Positions 1-8,757 of a stretch of DNA of 64,000 nt are shown here, piece by piece (position 1 is the stretch's first letter; every line of letters starts with the position of its first letter). The stretch lies in the sequence record LC819009.1; one strand, given 5' to 3'. Below the pieces are notes generated by a model. The model made no database searches, was not told the DNA's origin, and saw only the letters and a list, made by a program, of their open reading frames with translations. Both the position numbers and the translations under genes were made by a program.

Positions 1-375
1 TTCGAAAGCGTTCGAACCCTTCATGCCCTTCATCGCCACGCGGCGCGCGAGCGAATCCTTCGGGGCCATGGCCGACGCCAGAGCGAACGACACAGCTTCT
101 TGTTGCTGCGGGGTAACCTTCACGCCGAGCTTGGCGCCGTCCATCTTGAAGAACGATTCGACGCTGGCTTGCACGTCGCCGAGCATCTTGAACGCGGCTT
201 GTTCGATGTCAGCCGAGAACGACTCGTTCGAGACGAGTGCTTTGCCGATTGCGGGGTCGTTGCGGAGCGAGCCTTCACGGCTCAGGTGTTCGACCATCTT
301 GAACGCAGCACCAGCAACATTGACATGTTCCTGGTCCGCGCGCTTGGCGAACTTCGAAGTGGTCACGAAAGACAT
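1..375 (-). CDS. Major capsid protein, N-terminal part (continues beyond the left edge; phiKZ gp120-like)
   Basis: Hand-translated open frame missing from the ORF track: MSFVTTSKFAKRADQEHVNVAG...ALVSNESF...SNAFE. AGAGGT RBS, strongly biased codons, S-N-E protease-type motif, and position next to a small gene and DnaB as in phiKZ gp120-119-118. Confidence 0.7.
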   Translation of the reverse strand, partial: MSFVTTSKFAKRADQEHVNVAGAAFKMVEHLSREGSLRNDPAIGKALVSNESFSADIEQAAFKMLGDVQASVESFFKMDGAKLGVKVTPQQQEAVSFALASAMAPKDSLARRVAMKGMKGSNAFE

Positions 376-484
376 GTTGTATTACCTCTTATTCCTAGGA
401 AAAAGGTTTTCTGGGAAAACGAAAACTACGATTCTGTACAAAACCGGTTTTGGCAGTGATTACCACCAAACTATTGAGACTGTT

Positions 485-1126
485 TTATTTCAAGAGATCC
501 AGTTCGGTGAGATACCATTCGAACCAGTTCGTCTTATGTACCACGTTCAGGTCGTAGTACTGCTGCAGCTTTTCGACCACGGACCGCAGGATCGACAGGC
601 GCAGCTCTTCTTTGCGGTTGAAAATCACCGGCGACAGAATTCCCTGATTGAGGGCCACAACAATCAGTTTGCTCGATGCCGAATAAACGCTATAAGATTG
701 ATGAAGATCAACCTTGTTAGCCGCCTCTTGCTTGAGGTGATCCAGAACATACTGGTTCACCAGCTTGAGGCTGTATTCTTTTTTGTCTGCGAGTTCCGAG
801 ATCTGGTTCCTCGCATATTTATCTGCTTCAGTTCCGTTGACGGACTGCCCGGCTTCTTCCGGGAAGAACCACAGGTAACCGAGACTCTTCGTGTACTTCT
901 GGCGACGGTCCGACACATGCGGGATCGTACCATTAGTCCAGAAAATGGAAAGGCCGTCACCGGAGAATGCGTCCAGCGCCACCAGCTGCTCCTGAGTGAA
1001 CCATTGGCGCATCAGGGAGAAGTTGAGGACATCCTCGATCTTGCCTTTCTTGGCAAGCTGCCGGTAAGCCCAGTCCGGAATCACCACGACCTGGTCACCA
1101 GGATTCACGTTCATGAACAAACTCAT
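485..1126 (-). CDS. Hypothetical protein between capsid and helicase genes (phiKZ gp119 position)
   Basis: 213-aa ORF; synteny only. Confidence 0.7.
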   Translation of the reverse strand: MSLFMNVNPGDQVVVIPDWAYRQLAKKGKIEDVLNFSLMRQWFTQEQLVALDAFSGDGLSIFWTNGTIPHVSDRRQKYTKSLGYLWFFPEEAGQSVNGTEADKYARNQISELADKKEYSLKLVNQYVLDHLKQEAANKVDLHQSYSVYSASSKLIVVALNQGILSPVIFNRKEELRLSILRSVVEKLQQYYDLNVVHKTNWFEWYLTELDLLK

Positions 1127-1225
1127 GCTCTTCGCCTTTATCCGGTATGAAAATAAAATAAAAAACTTGCCCGTTCTTATTTGAACGCTGCAACAGAAAT
1201 CCTACCAATCCAGCAGGTCTAGACA

Positions 1226-2749
1226 ATGACCCCAAGACTTCTTCTTCTCAAGATCATCACGCTCCTGCACCTCGAATCACAGATCGAAGGTGAGAATGCA
1301 CGATCGTCTGACTTGGCTACCAGCCTGCTCGCCACCGTCAAAATTCCTGAGGCCGACGTGGGCCTCATAGACAGTGAACGAGAGATCATTGGCTCGCTCT
1401 ACAACATATGTCGCAAACTCGCCAACGCCACGCCGGGCGAGGAGATGGACAAATCAGACCTCCTTCAGGAGGTCCGGTTGCATTGTGGCAGTGAAATCGA
1501 TCTGTTCGAATCCTTCAAAGAAGGGATCGTGATTGAACTATCACAAGATGGTCTCAAAAAGCGTGTTGGCTTCATCCGTAAAGAGCTCAAATCGTATCTG
1601 CATTACGAGGGTACGAAAAAGCGCATCATGGATGCTGCTCATGCGCTGCGTTTCAAAGAGAACTCGATTGAAGATATGGACAAGTATCTTCGCGACTTCT
1701 CAACTGACATTGAATCATCGCTCAGTAAATCCAGCAAGCAGGACGAAGCTATTCTCGGCACAATCGACATGGCAGATAAAGCGTCAGTTGTGAAAGCTGC
1801 ATGTTCCGTGTCAGATGAGCAATCGGGTGCCGGTAAGCTCAAGACGCATTTGCAAGATCTGAATGACATGATGAACGGCGGCATGCGCCGTGGTGAATTC
1901 GTCTGTACTTCGGCTCTTCCGCATAACAACAAGACCGGCTTTTCGTTGGACATCTTCGCCGGTGTCGCCATCAACAACGATCCGTATCTGATTGACCCGA
2001 AGAAGAAGCCTCTGCTTCTGCGCATCTCGTTCGAAGATGACGTCGAAATGAACTTCAACCACCTCTACAAGCACTTCTGGGAACAGGAGCATGGCGAGGT
2101 GGCAGTGATGGTCGGTAAATCCGAAGAGGAAATCGCCCAGTACGTCATGGACAAGATGACGGCACGTGGCTGGCATGTTCGCATGTACAAGGTCGATCCT
2201 TCGATGTGGTCGATCTTCGATCTGTTTGCATTCGTGCGTGATCTGGAATCGCAGGGTTATGAAATTGCTCTGTGTATGCTGGACTACATGCGTAAGATGC
2301 CGACTACGGGTTGCGTACAGGGCATTGCAGGCGCTGACGTCAGAGACATGGCTCGTCGTTGCCGTAACTTCTTCAATGCCCGTAAAACGGCGTTTTACAC
2401 GCCGCACCAGATCTCGACTCAGGCTAAGGAAATCCAACGTTCGGTGCCTAAGGACTTTGTCAAGATGCTGCCGGGTGGCGGTTACTACGACGGCTGTAAA
2501 TCGCTGGATGCAGAAATCGATCTGGAAATCTTCCAGCATATCGAGAAGCACAATGGTCATTCGTATCTGACCTTGCAGCGAGGCAAGCATCGTAATGCTC
2601 CGGTGCTGGCAGAAGAACTGAAGTATCTGGTTTACCAATTCTACGACATCGGCGGCATTCCTCCTGACATTGGCGGAGAGCGTTCCGGTTTGCGTAAGGT
2701 TGGTGGCAAGCGTGCTTCAGAAGCTGAAACCGATTTCGATTGGCTGTAA
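1226..2749 (+). CDS. dnaB: DnaB-like replicative helicase (phiKZ gp118-like)
   Basis: GGMRRGEFVCTSALPHNNKTG (Walker A variant), ISFED, LCMLDYM (Walker B), HQIS, QRGKHRN motifs. Confidence 0.9.
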   Translation: MTPRLLLLKIITLLHLESQIEGENARSSDLATSLLATVKIPEADVGLIDSEREIIGSLYNICRKLANATPGEEMDKSDLLQEVRLHCGSEIDLFESFKEGIVIELSQDGLKKRVGFIRKELKSYLHYEGTKKRIMDAAHALRFKENSIEDMDKYLRDFSTDIESSLSKSSKQDEAILGTIDMADKASVVKAACSVSDEQSGAGKLKTHLQDLNDMMNGGMRRGEFVCTSALPHNNKTGFSLDIFAGVAINNDPYLIDPKKKPLLLRISFEDDVEMNFNHLYKHFWEQEHGEVAVMVGKSEEEIAQYVMDKMTARGWHVRMYKVDPSMWSIFDLFAFVRDLESQGYEIALCMLDYMRKMPTTGCVQGIAGADVRDMARRCRNFFNARKTAFYTPHQISTQAKEIQRSVPKDFVKMLPGGGYYDGCKSLDAEIDLEIFQHIEKHNGHSYLTLQRGKHRNAPVLAEELKYLVYQFYDIGGIPPDIGGERSGLRKVGGKRASEAETDFDWL

Positions 2750-2765
2750 AAGCAAAAAAAAATAA

Positions 2766-2808
2766 GAGTCCCTACTCCCGCAAGGGAGTAGGGGGCTCTG
2801 ACTTTATG
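2766..2808. terminator. Bidirectional hairpin terminator between convergent genes
   Basis: Long stem with GCAA loop; A-run on the left, TATG on the right. Confidence 0.8.
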
Positions 2809-3316
2809 TTGACTCTCTCTTGTCAACATAAAAATAACCCTTAAACTTTTCACTACTACTGTTAATTCGAAACTTAATTGTAGCTCTATTTATTCCAGTA
2901 GCTTCACTGGCTTTAGCAAACGACGGATAGACGACACCATCGATTGAAACCGGTTTGCTATTTTTTTCGATGGATTTTTCATGAGCTTTTAGCAGTCCCT
3001 GTTTCTGCTCTTCTGTTTGAACTCTTGAAGAATGCACGGTTTTCATTCTCGCCTTGGTTTCTTCAGAATGGCGGAAATTGCGACGAAATTCAGCCATTTT
3101 TTCTCTAGTCGCATCTGAAACTTTTCGACCAATCAAACTCGCCATCAGTTTACTTTTCTGATTAGAGTTAATTTTCCGTCCAAGGCCAGCGCGACCAATA
3201 TTAATCTTTCGCGTATCTTCTACAATTTTTGCATCTAAAGATTTCTGCCAGGATTGGGTAATTTGATCAATTGTCTCATTGATTTCATCTATCGATAGCG
3301 GCTTTCCGTGATTCAT
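2804..3316 (-). CDS. NUMOD3-repeat plus NUMOD1-like HTH DNA-binding protein (homing endonuclease-derived, no nuclease domain seen)
   Basis: Repeats GRKVSDATREKM and FRHSEETKARM; C-terminal KPVSIDGVVYPSFAKASEATGINRATIKFRI; GAGGA RBS before ATG 3316; AT-rich. Confidence 0.75.
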   Translation of the reverse strand: MNHGKPLSIDEINETIDQITQSWQKSLDAKIVEDTRKINIGRAGLGRKINSNQKSKLMASLIGRKVSDATREKMAEFRRNFRHSEETKARMKTVHSSRVQTEEQKQGLLKAHEKSIEKNSKPVSIDGVVYPSFAKASEATGINRATIKFRINSSSEKFKGYFYVDKREST

Positions 3317-3382
3317 TTTGTCCTCGCAAATCAAAGACAGATCTAACAAACCCTCTCCGAAGAAAGAGTTTGTAAAACTGTC

Positions 3383-4234
3383 TTAGTTCAAATGGGTTTC
3401 CCAGTAATCGGGATAGTCGCTGGGATGATTGATCATTTCAGCAGCAAGCTCCTTGATCGCACGCATACTGACCGAACCCAATCGATCCCAGTTATGATCC
3501 AGCCAATGCAACAGTTCCTGCTTTTGCGCCTTCGTCAGATCGAAGATCTTGTTCTTCATTGTCACTGATGCAGTCCAGCCCCAGCTGACATCGCGATCGT
3601 ACTTGAATTCCGTGTAAACAACGCGATCGCGTATTGCTGATTCGTCGATCTTGCGGGCACCCTTAGGAGCCGGATTGGACGGAGCAAGAGACTGGTTGCT
3701 GGTGATAATGAAGTTAATGTTGTCGGTCGGAATCTGGATACCAACACCGTCCGCTGTTTGGAAAGCGCGCAGTGCTTCTGCAACGCGTTGCTCGTGGACC
3801 GATTCGCTCTTTTCATAAAGCTGAATCATCGCCGTCATGTTCTTGTTCCATGCGAACATATTGCGATCTTCATCTAGAGCACCCTTCATGACCGACAGAC
3901 TGGTACGATCAGCAAAAACCGAATCACAGTCATCGATCCAAACGTAGGTTTTCTTCCCACGAGAATTATGAACAGCCAAAGCTAGAGCGATAGCGATGGC
4001 ATTCATGCTGGCCACGCCGATGATTTCGATCAGAGGAATACGATGTTTCTTTGCCGTGTTCCGAACAGTCACGGACTTACCGATACCTGCGGGACCGACG
4101 ATGTAGTGGTGTCGTTTCGGAACGATAAGGGCATCCGACTTGTCGAAAGCCGCTGTGACTTTACCAACGAGTTGATTGGTCAGGATTTCGCCGCGCTCGA
4201 TGTTTTGTTTTTGTTTGAGGGTAAACGGTTGCAT
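3383..4234 (-). CDS. AAA-family P-loop ATPase
   Basis: Walker A GPAGIGKS, Walker B VWIDDCD, sensor-like IITSN, AIRDR arginine-finger-like motif. Confidence 0.85.
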   Translation of the reverse strand: MQPFTLKQKQNIERGEILTNQLVGKVTAAFDKSDALIVPKRHHYIVGPAGIGKSVTVRNTAKKHRIPLIEIIGVASMNAIAIALALAVHNSRGKKTYVWIDDCDSVFADRTSLSVMKGALDEDRNMFAWNKNMTAMIQLYEKSESVHEQRVAEALRAFQTADGVGIQIPTDNINFIITSNQSLAPSNPAPKGARKIDESAIRDRVVYTEFKYDRDVSWGWTASVTMKNKIFDLTKAQKQELLHWLDHNWDRLGSVSMRAIKELAAEMINHPSDYPDYWETHLN

Positions 4235-4262
4235 CTTCTACTCCATTTTAAAAAGATTAAAC

Positions 4263-4292
4263 ACAGACAGATGCCCGAAGGCATCTGTCTGT
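4263..4292 (-). repeat. Intergenic hairpin sharing a 26-nt core with 8715-8744
   Basis: AGACAGATGCCCGAAGGCATCTGTCT present at both sites; cUUCGg loop on the minus strand. Confidence 0.85.
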
Positions 4293-4302
4293 GATCAAGA
4301 GG

Positions 4303-4488
4303 TTATGCGCCTTTAACTTGCTTCTCTTGAATCAAGCGAACCATCCGCTTGTAGACTTCGACGAAGGTAAAACGATATCCTGCTTTAGCCAGAGCGTTTT
4401 CAACGTCTTCGGCCGGAGTTAGAATACCGTTCTTGTCCATCGTGTCGAGAATGATCTTCTCGATCTTATCTTCTTCACTCAGAAGCAT
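4303..4488 (-). CDS. Small winged-helix-like protein
   Basis: 61 aa, GAGGTG RBS, KIILDTMDKNG...VYKRMVRLIQEKQV. Confidence 0.55.
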   Translation of the reverse strand: MLLSEEDKIEKIILDTMDKNGILTPAEDVENALAKAGYRFTFVEVYKRMVRLIQEKQVKGA

Positions 4489-4894
4489 CTTTCACCTCAG
4501 CAGAAGCCGATACAACCGGTTCAGGCGGCGTCAGATACTCGCTGATCAGTTCCATCATCGAATCCGTCAGCACGTAGCCCTTCTTGGTCGGATGGGCCAC
4601 GCCGTCGACATGCAGATCCACCAGCAAGTTGCTGATATTCATCTGCGGCATGAAGACGTTTGCTTCACGCATCTTCTTGAGCAGCAGGTTTTCGTTGATG
4701 GGTTTGTTTTCGCCGAGATACAACGTACGGACGATGAAACCCGAAGCCGTGATGTTCGCATGGCCGCCGTAACCTTCGATGGTCTTGGTTTCGACGGATT
4801 CCTTGCTACGAAAGCACGCCGCCGCCATCGACTGGATCCGTCGGAAGCCCTTGCCGTTTCGATCGATTTTTAGCATTTTTAATTGATACCTCAA
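4475..4894 (-). CDS. Winged-helix-like protein (start may be ATG 4876)
   Basis: ISNLLVDLHVDGVAHPTKKGYVLT recognition-helix and wing pattern. Confidence 0.6.
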   Translation of the reverse strand: MRYQLKMLKIDRNGKGFRRIQSMAAACFRSKESVETKTIEGYGGHANITASGFIVRTLYLGENKPINENLLLKKMREANVFMPQMNISNLLVDLHVDGVAHPTKKGYVLTDSMMELISEYLTPPEPVVSASAEVKDASE

Positions 4895-5204
4895 AAATAA
4901 GTTCTCTCATGTCCTGCGTCAGCTTGAACATGTTTCCCGGAAGGGAGTGTACTGCGCCACGGTCTTTCAGAAACCGAAACGCCTTTTTGACATTATAGTC
5001 GGTGGCGCTGGTAATCTTTGCATGCCTCAGGTCAACTGCTACCTGAATGAAGTTATAGGGCTGGTCAGGAAAAACCAGTAAGCGTTTTAAAACCAGGACG
5101 TTTAGTCCGCCCTGAAAGCCTGATACCATTGTTGCTTGTTGGGCTAACTCACGCATCTGCGCGTCTGCTTTATTGAGCTTAGGTTGTTCTTTCAGGGCCG
5201 ACAT
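4806..5204 (-). CDS. Winged-helix-like protein
   Basis: VKKAFRFLKDRGAVHSLPGNMFKLT pattern. Confidence 0.6.
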   Translation of the reverse strand: MSALKEQPKLNKADAQMRELAQQATMVSGFQGGLNVLVLKRLLVFPDQPYNFIQVAVDLRHAKITSATDYNVKKAFRFLKDRGAVHSLPGNMFKLTQDMRELIFEVSIKNAKNRSKRQGLPTDPVDGGGVLS

Positions 5205-5213
5205 CAGTCGCTC

Positions 5214-5543
5214 CTAGTGTTTAGTCATCGCCTGAGAAAGAATCAGGTCGAAGATCGACGTCATCTCCGGATGGAGGCGATATGCCACGTTCGGAAACGA
5301 AGTCTTGGTTGCGAGGATTCCCTTCTGCAACAGATCCGTACATGCGTCACGCAGCATGTCGGTGATGTGGATGCTGTCGCATCCATAGATAGCGAATGCC
5401 ATGTCTTGAAGCGACTTGGACTCACCATCCTTATCCTTCAGGTAGAACACTACCTTGTGCTGGGTATCCCAGTTGTCTTGCGGCTTTGCTGCAATGATGA
5501 CGGCTTCTGCCATCTGGCGACGCCACATTTGTTGTGCTGACAT
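5214..5543 (-). CDS. Winged-helix-like protein
   Basis: LRDACTDLLQKGILATKTSFPNVAYRLH pattern. Confidence 0.6.
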   Translation of the reverse strand: MSAQQMWRRQMAEAVIIAAKPQDNWDTQHKVVFYLKDKDGESKSLQDMAFAIYGCDSIHITDMLRDACTDLLQKGILATKTSFPNVAYRLHPEMTSIFDLILSQAMTKH

Positions 5544-5552
5544 TTTGTCCTC

Positions 5553-6101
5553 TTATTCAAAAGCCTTCTGTTGTTTGAGGATGGCGTAAAGATCGATAGC
5601 TTCCTGTTTAGTAAGCTTCGACCTGCCTACATGGATGTGTTCGAGGTTTTGTTGTGTCTCGAACAACCACAAAACATTCTTGTAAAACTGATACAGGTCG
5701 CCGATCTTGACGTTGTTGCCTTTGACCTTGATATTGACATCGAGTAGGAATTGCTTACCCTTCTCACCCGTGTAGCTCGACATCAAGCTCACGAAATCAA
5801 GCGTCAGCGAATACAGCGTTGGACGATCGCCGATAATCGTACCCATCGGTTGCCAGCCTTTCAGAACCCCAGCATCGAGCAGGTCCTGCAAAGCAGTCTC
5901 GACTTCGGTCGTCGAGTACTTACCAAATGCCGTAAGACGATGGATGATTTCTTTACCATCATGTCCTTCCGGATGGCGGCTTTGTTCCGACAACAGCTGA
6001 ACGATGCATTCTTCAGCCGACAGATCGCTACCATACTTGATCGATGCACATGCAACAGCAACCAGCTTCTTGATGATTGCGTTGTTTTTATCGAGTTTCA
6101 T
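5553..6101 (-). CDS. Winged-helix-like protein
   Basis: VETALQDLLDAGVLKGW...PTLYSLT; GGAG RBS before ATG 6101. Confidence 0.6.
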   Translation of the reverse strand: MKLDKNNAIIKKLVAVACASIKYGSDLSAEECIVQLLSEQSRHPEGHDGKEIIHRLTAFGKYSTTEVETALQDLLDAGVLKGWQPMGTIIGDRPTLYSLTLDFVSLMSSYTGEKGKQFLLDVNIKVKGNNVKIGDLYQFYKNVLWLFETQQNLEHIHVGRSKLTKQEAIDLYAILKQQKAFE

Positions 6102-6150
6102 TTTAGCTCCGTGAAAGGAATTGTAAAGTTTACTACAGGGATTCACGGCA

Positions 6151-6167
6151 GTTATATATGTCTGAAA
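6151..6167 (-). promoter_or_regulatory. Putative early phage promoter
   Basis: TTTCAGACATATATAAC, matches the motif found at 7 intergenic sites. Confidence 0.7.
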
Positions 6168-6173
6168 TAAAAT

Positions 6174-6210
6174 GCATACTCATACACACTGGCGCAAGCC
6201 AGTGTGTATG
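6174..6210 (-). terminator. Hairpin terminator with TATG tail
   Basis: CATACACACTGGC-GCAA-GCCAGTGTGTATG perfect stem. Confidence 0.75.
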
Positions 6211-6218
6211 ATGAGCGC

Positions 6219-6539
6219 TTATGCTGCGATTTTAAAATTGCAAATACGGTCGATCTCCAGCCTTGTCCGCAAACGCAGACGCGACTCCTTATGCAGGCGT
6301 ACGTGATTGATGGAGAAGATACGACGTTCAACCTTGTATCCCTCCGGAGTCACGAAACGACTCTTCAGGTAACCCCGTTTTTCAAGAAGCTCCATCGTCT
6401 CCATCAGACCGTCAGCAGACAACTTACCTTCTGCATCACGGACAATGTCGGACGAAGTCTTCTCGACCCCGTAAGGCGCTTTAAGAAGATCAAGAATCTG
6501 TTCTTCCAGCGCTGTTAGTTTTTGTTGGTCCAGTTCCAT
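6219..6539 (-). CDS. PadR/MarR-like winged-helix protein
   Basis: EEQILDLLK...LMETMELLEKRGYLKSRF...RRIFSIN. Confidence 0.65.
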   Translation of the reverse strand: MELDQQKLTALEEQILDLLKAPYGVEKTSSDIVRDAEGKLSADGLMETMELLEKRGYLKSRFVTPEGYKVERRIFSINHVRLHKESRLRLRTRLEIDRICNFKIAA

Positions 6540-6568
6540 TTTCTAAGGTCTCGTAGAAGTTCTTGTTA

Positions 6569-6745
6569 TTAGACCCGTGCGGTGTTGTTCATGGACTTCT
6601 GGTCACCGTGCCTGTTGCGGCTCGTAAGACCATTGGGATGAACATCCGATTTCTCGGTTTGTTTGATGTCCTGCCTGATTGCAGGGCTGAGTGGATTCTC
6701 GGCTTTAAAGCCGCCCCACTTTGTGGTGCCGTTTCCTGGTGACAT
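6569..6745 (-). CDS. Small hypothetical protein (58 aa, below ORF-track cutoff)
   Basis: Hand-translated MSPGNGTTKWGGFKAENPLSP...NNTARV*. Confidence 0.45.
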   Translation of the reverse strand: MSPGNGTTKWGGFKAENPLSPAIRQDIKQTEKSDVHPNGLTSRNRHGDQKSMNNTARV

Positions 6746-6838
6746 TTTTATTACCCGTCCTTACTGGTGAAAAACCACAGGATCAGCGAAAAAAATAATA
6801 GTCCGCCCCGTTAAGAGCGGACCCTCCATTAGCGTAGA

Positions 6839-7006
6839 TTAACTACGCTTCTTAGCTGCCCGGCTTTTGCTGATGTGGGCTTCGATGCGCCTATCTTCTT
6901 CCATGAGTTTTCGGGCTTGTTCCTGAGTCATGTGATGCCGTTTCGCAATATCTTCATTGTGAGCGGCAGCTTGGAACAACTTTCTCTGACTAGGTGAGTA
7001 CGGCAT
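6839..7006 (-). CDS. Small basic phage protein (55 aa, below ORF-track cutoff)
   Basis: GAGGAGG RBS; MPYSPSQRKLFQAAAHNEDIAKRHHMTQEQARKLMEED...KKRS*. Confidence 0.75.
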   Translation of the reverse strand: MPYSPSQRKLFQAAAHNEDIAKRHHMTQEQARKLMEEDRRIEAHISKSRAAKKRS

Positions 7007-7093
7007 TTTCAAACCTCCTCAACGGAAAAAATGCGACCGAACCCCGAAGGATCCAGTCGCCCAACTTACCGGGCTGAGGCTCCCGGTAATCCT

Positions 7094-8683
7094 TTACTGC
7101 TGTTCGCCATCCGGACCCGGATAGTCGATCGACGACTTCACCACCCAATCCGAAAGAGGCGGTTTACCTTCCAGGCTGCGAATGAAGTTCTTCACTCGTA
7201 CTTCGAACGGCATTACACGTCCGTCGTACGTTTCGTACAGATGGTCGACCAATGCTGCGATGAACGCGTTCAGCTTCGTTTCACGATCCGGATCAGTCAG
7301 ATCGATCTTCAGCATGTTCGGGTTGATGTAGTGTTCGACTGCTGCACGAATGAAGTACTTCGGGTCTTCCGGATTAGCGAAACGGTTGAACTTCTGATCC
7401 GTCTCTTCAAACAAAGGACCAGGTTCGACACCTGGGAAAGTTCCCCAGACGTGAGCAATCAACGTACGCTTGATCGTTTCGAATTGCGACATGCGTTCTT
7501 CTTCTGTGCCTTCCAGATAGAAGAGACTCGGCGACAGGTAGTTCTCGACAGCTTGTCGGACCAACAGAAGCTGCTTGTAGTCCGGATACTGCTGAAGCTT
7601 CACGCCTTCATGACCTGCCGATTGACGCATTTCGCTCAACGCCAGCTTTTTGGCAGAAGAACGCGATGCGACCATCGTGTCGTAGACGGTTTTGAACTTC
7701 GTATCGTAAGCAACCATCTGGTCCTTGTAGACAACGTTCGGAACCAGATTCTTTTCGACGATGCGAACGGTAGCACCGATACATTGTTGCTGGAACAAAG
7801 ATTCCCACGGTTCGGGCTTCACAGCCGTCTCGTATTGTTCATCGTTCCAGGTAACCGGGATACCCAGCACCCGAAGCTTATCGGCGATGATACCACACAG
7901 TGCCGACTTACCCACGCCGGTACGACCCATCACCACGACACGAATGTCCCCACCATTCAGGTAGTCGAGTGGAAGACCCTGACGACCCAGAACAGCCAAT
8001 GTCCATGCCACGGCACCATCCCACATGACGCGAGCATTCTTCGTGTCATAATGACCGTACTGATTAGGATAGTGCGGATGGTCCGGATCGTAACGCTGGA
8101 CATCCTTGATGAAGTTCTGCTGACGCGCGAACGATTCGAACGCCTTGGTATCGTCGACGATGACGTCCGGCCGCTGTTCGATCAAACCGGTCTGCCAGCC
8201 ATATGGCTCGATCTTGACTTCATGATAGCGGGCCAGTTGACGAACGTAAGCGACCGCATCGGACTCGTGCCAGAAATCGACGGAGTGTTTTACCATTCCG
8301 TTTTCGTAGCGCGAATAGACGCCGTAGCCTTTCGTTTCATCATTAGCGCCGTCCATCTGAATTTCGATGGAACCCTGCTCCAGTTCCTTAAACGGAGCAA
8401 GCTGAAGACCGATGATCTTACCCGCCTTTTTATCGACGGTATGTTGGCCGATGTAGACAGGTATTTTGTATTCGTAGGCGAGGTTGGTCGCCGTTGCTGC
8501 AGCCTGACCGATGTCGGTGAAGTAATTCGGATCGACTGGACTCAGGCTGCTGTCTTCGTGTTCCCAGAACAGAATCCAGCCAGCGAACCCGCGTTCGCCC
8601 TTCGCTTCAAATGCACCGACTACTTCACCATCGAGGTTTTTCACTGCGGGAATAACGCGAACCGACTTTGCTTTGTTTTGCAT
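7094..8683 (-). CDS. Mosaic hypothetical protein with a short P-loop module
   Basis: VVVMGRTGVGKSALCGIIADKL; AAGGTG RBS before ATG 8683. Confidence 0.75.
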   Translation of the reverse strand: MQNKAKSVRVIPAVKNLDGEVVGAFEAKGERGFAGWILFWEHEDSSLSPVDPNYFTDIGQAAATATNLAYEYKIPVYIGQHTVDKKAGKIIGLQLAPFKELEQGSIEIQMDGANDETKGYGVYSRYENGMVKHSVDFWHESDAVAYVRQLARYHEVKIEPYGWQTGLIEQRPDVIVDDTKAFESFARQQNFIKDVQRYDPDHPHYPNQYGHYDTKNARVMWDGAVAWTLAVLGRQGLPLDYLNGGDIRVVVMGRTGVGKSALCGIIADKLRVLGIPVTWNDEQYETAVKPEPWESLFQQQCIGATVRIVEKNLVPNVVYKDQMVAYDTKFKTVYDTMVASRSSAKKLALSEMRQSAGHEGVKLQQYPDYKQLLLVRQAVENYLSPSLFYLEGTEEERMSQFETIKRTLIAHVWGTFPGVEPGPLFEETDQKFNRFANPEDPKYFIRAAVEHYINPNMLKIDLTDPDRETKLNAFIAALVDHLYETYDGRVMPFEVRVKNFIRSLEGKPPLSDWVVKSSIDYPGPDGEQQ

Positions 8684-8703
8684 GTTGTACACCTTTTAAA
8701 AAG

Positions 8704-8744
8704 AGACATAGAGCATAGACAGATGCCCGAAGGCATCTGTCTAT
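8704..8744 (-). terminator. Hairpin (repeat of 4263-4292) followed by TATGCTCTATGTC
   Basis: 13-bp stem, UUCG loop on the minus strand. Confidence 0.7.
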
Positions 8745-8757
8745 TCACGCTTCGACG

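Noticed and set aside
5085-6237. TTTTAAAA copies near 5085 and 6230
   Set aside because: They lie inside coding sequence and are not followed by an RBS, so they were not counted in the motif set.
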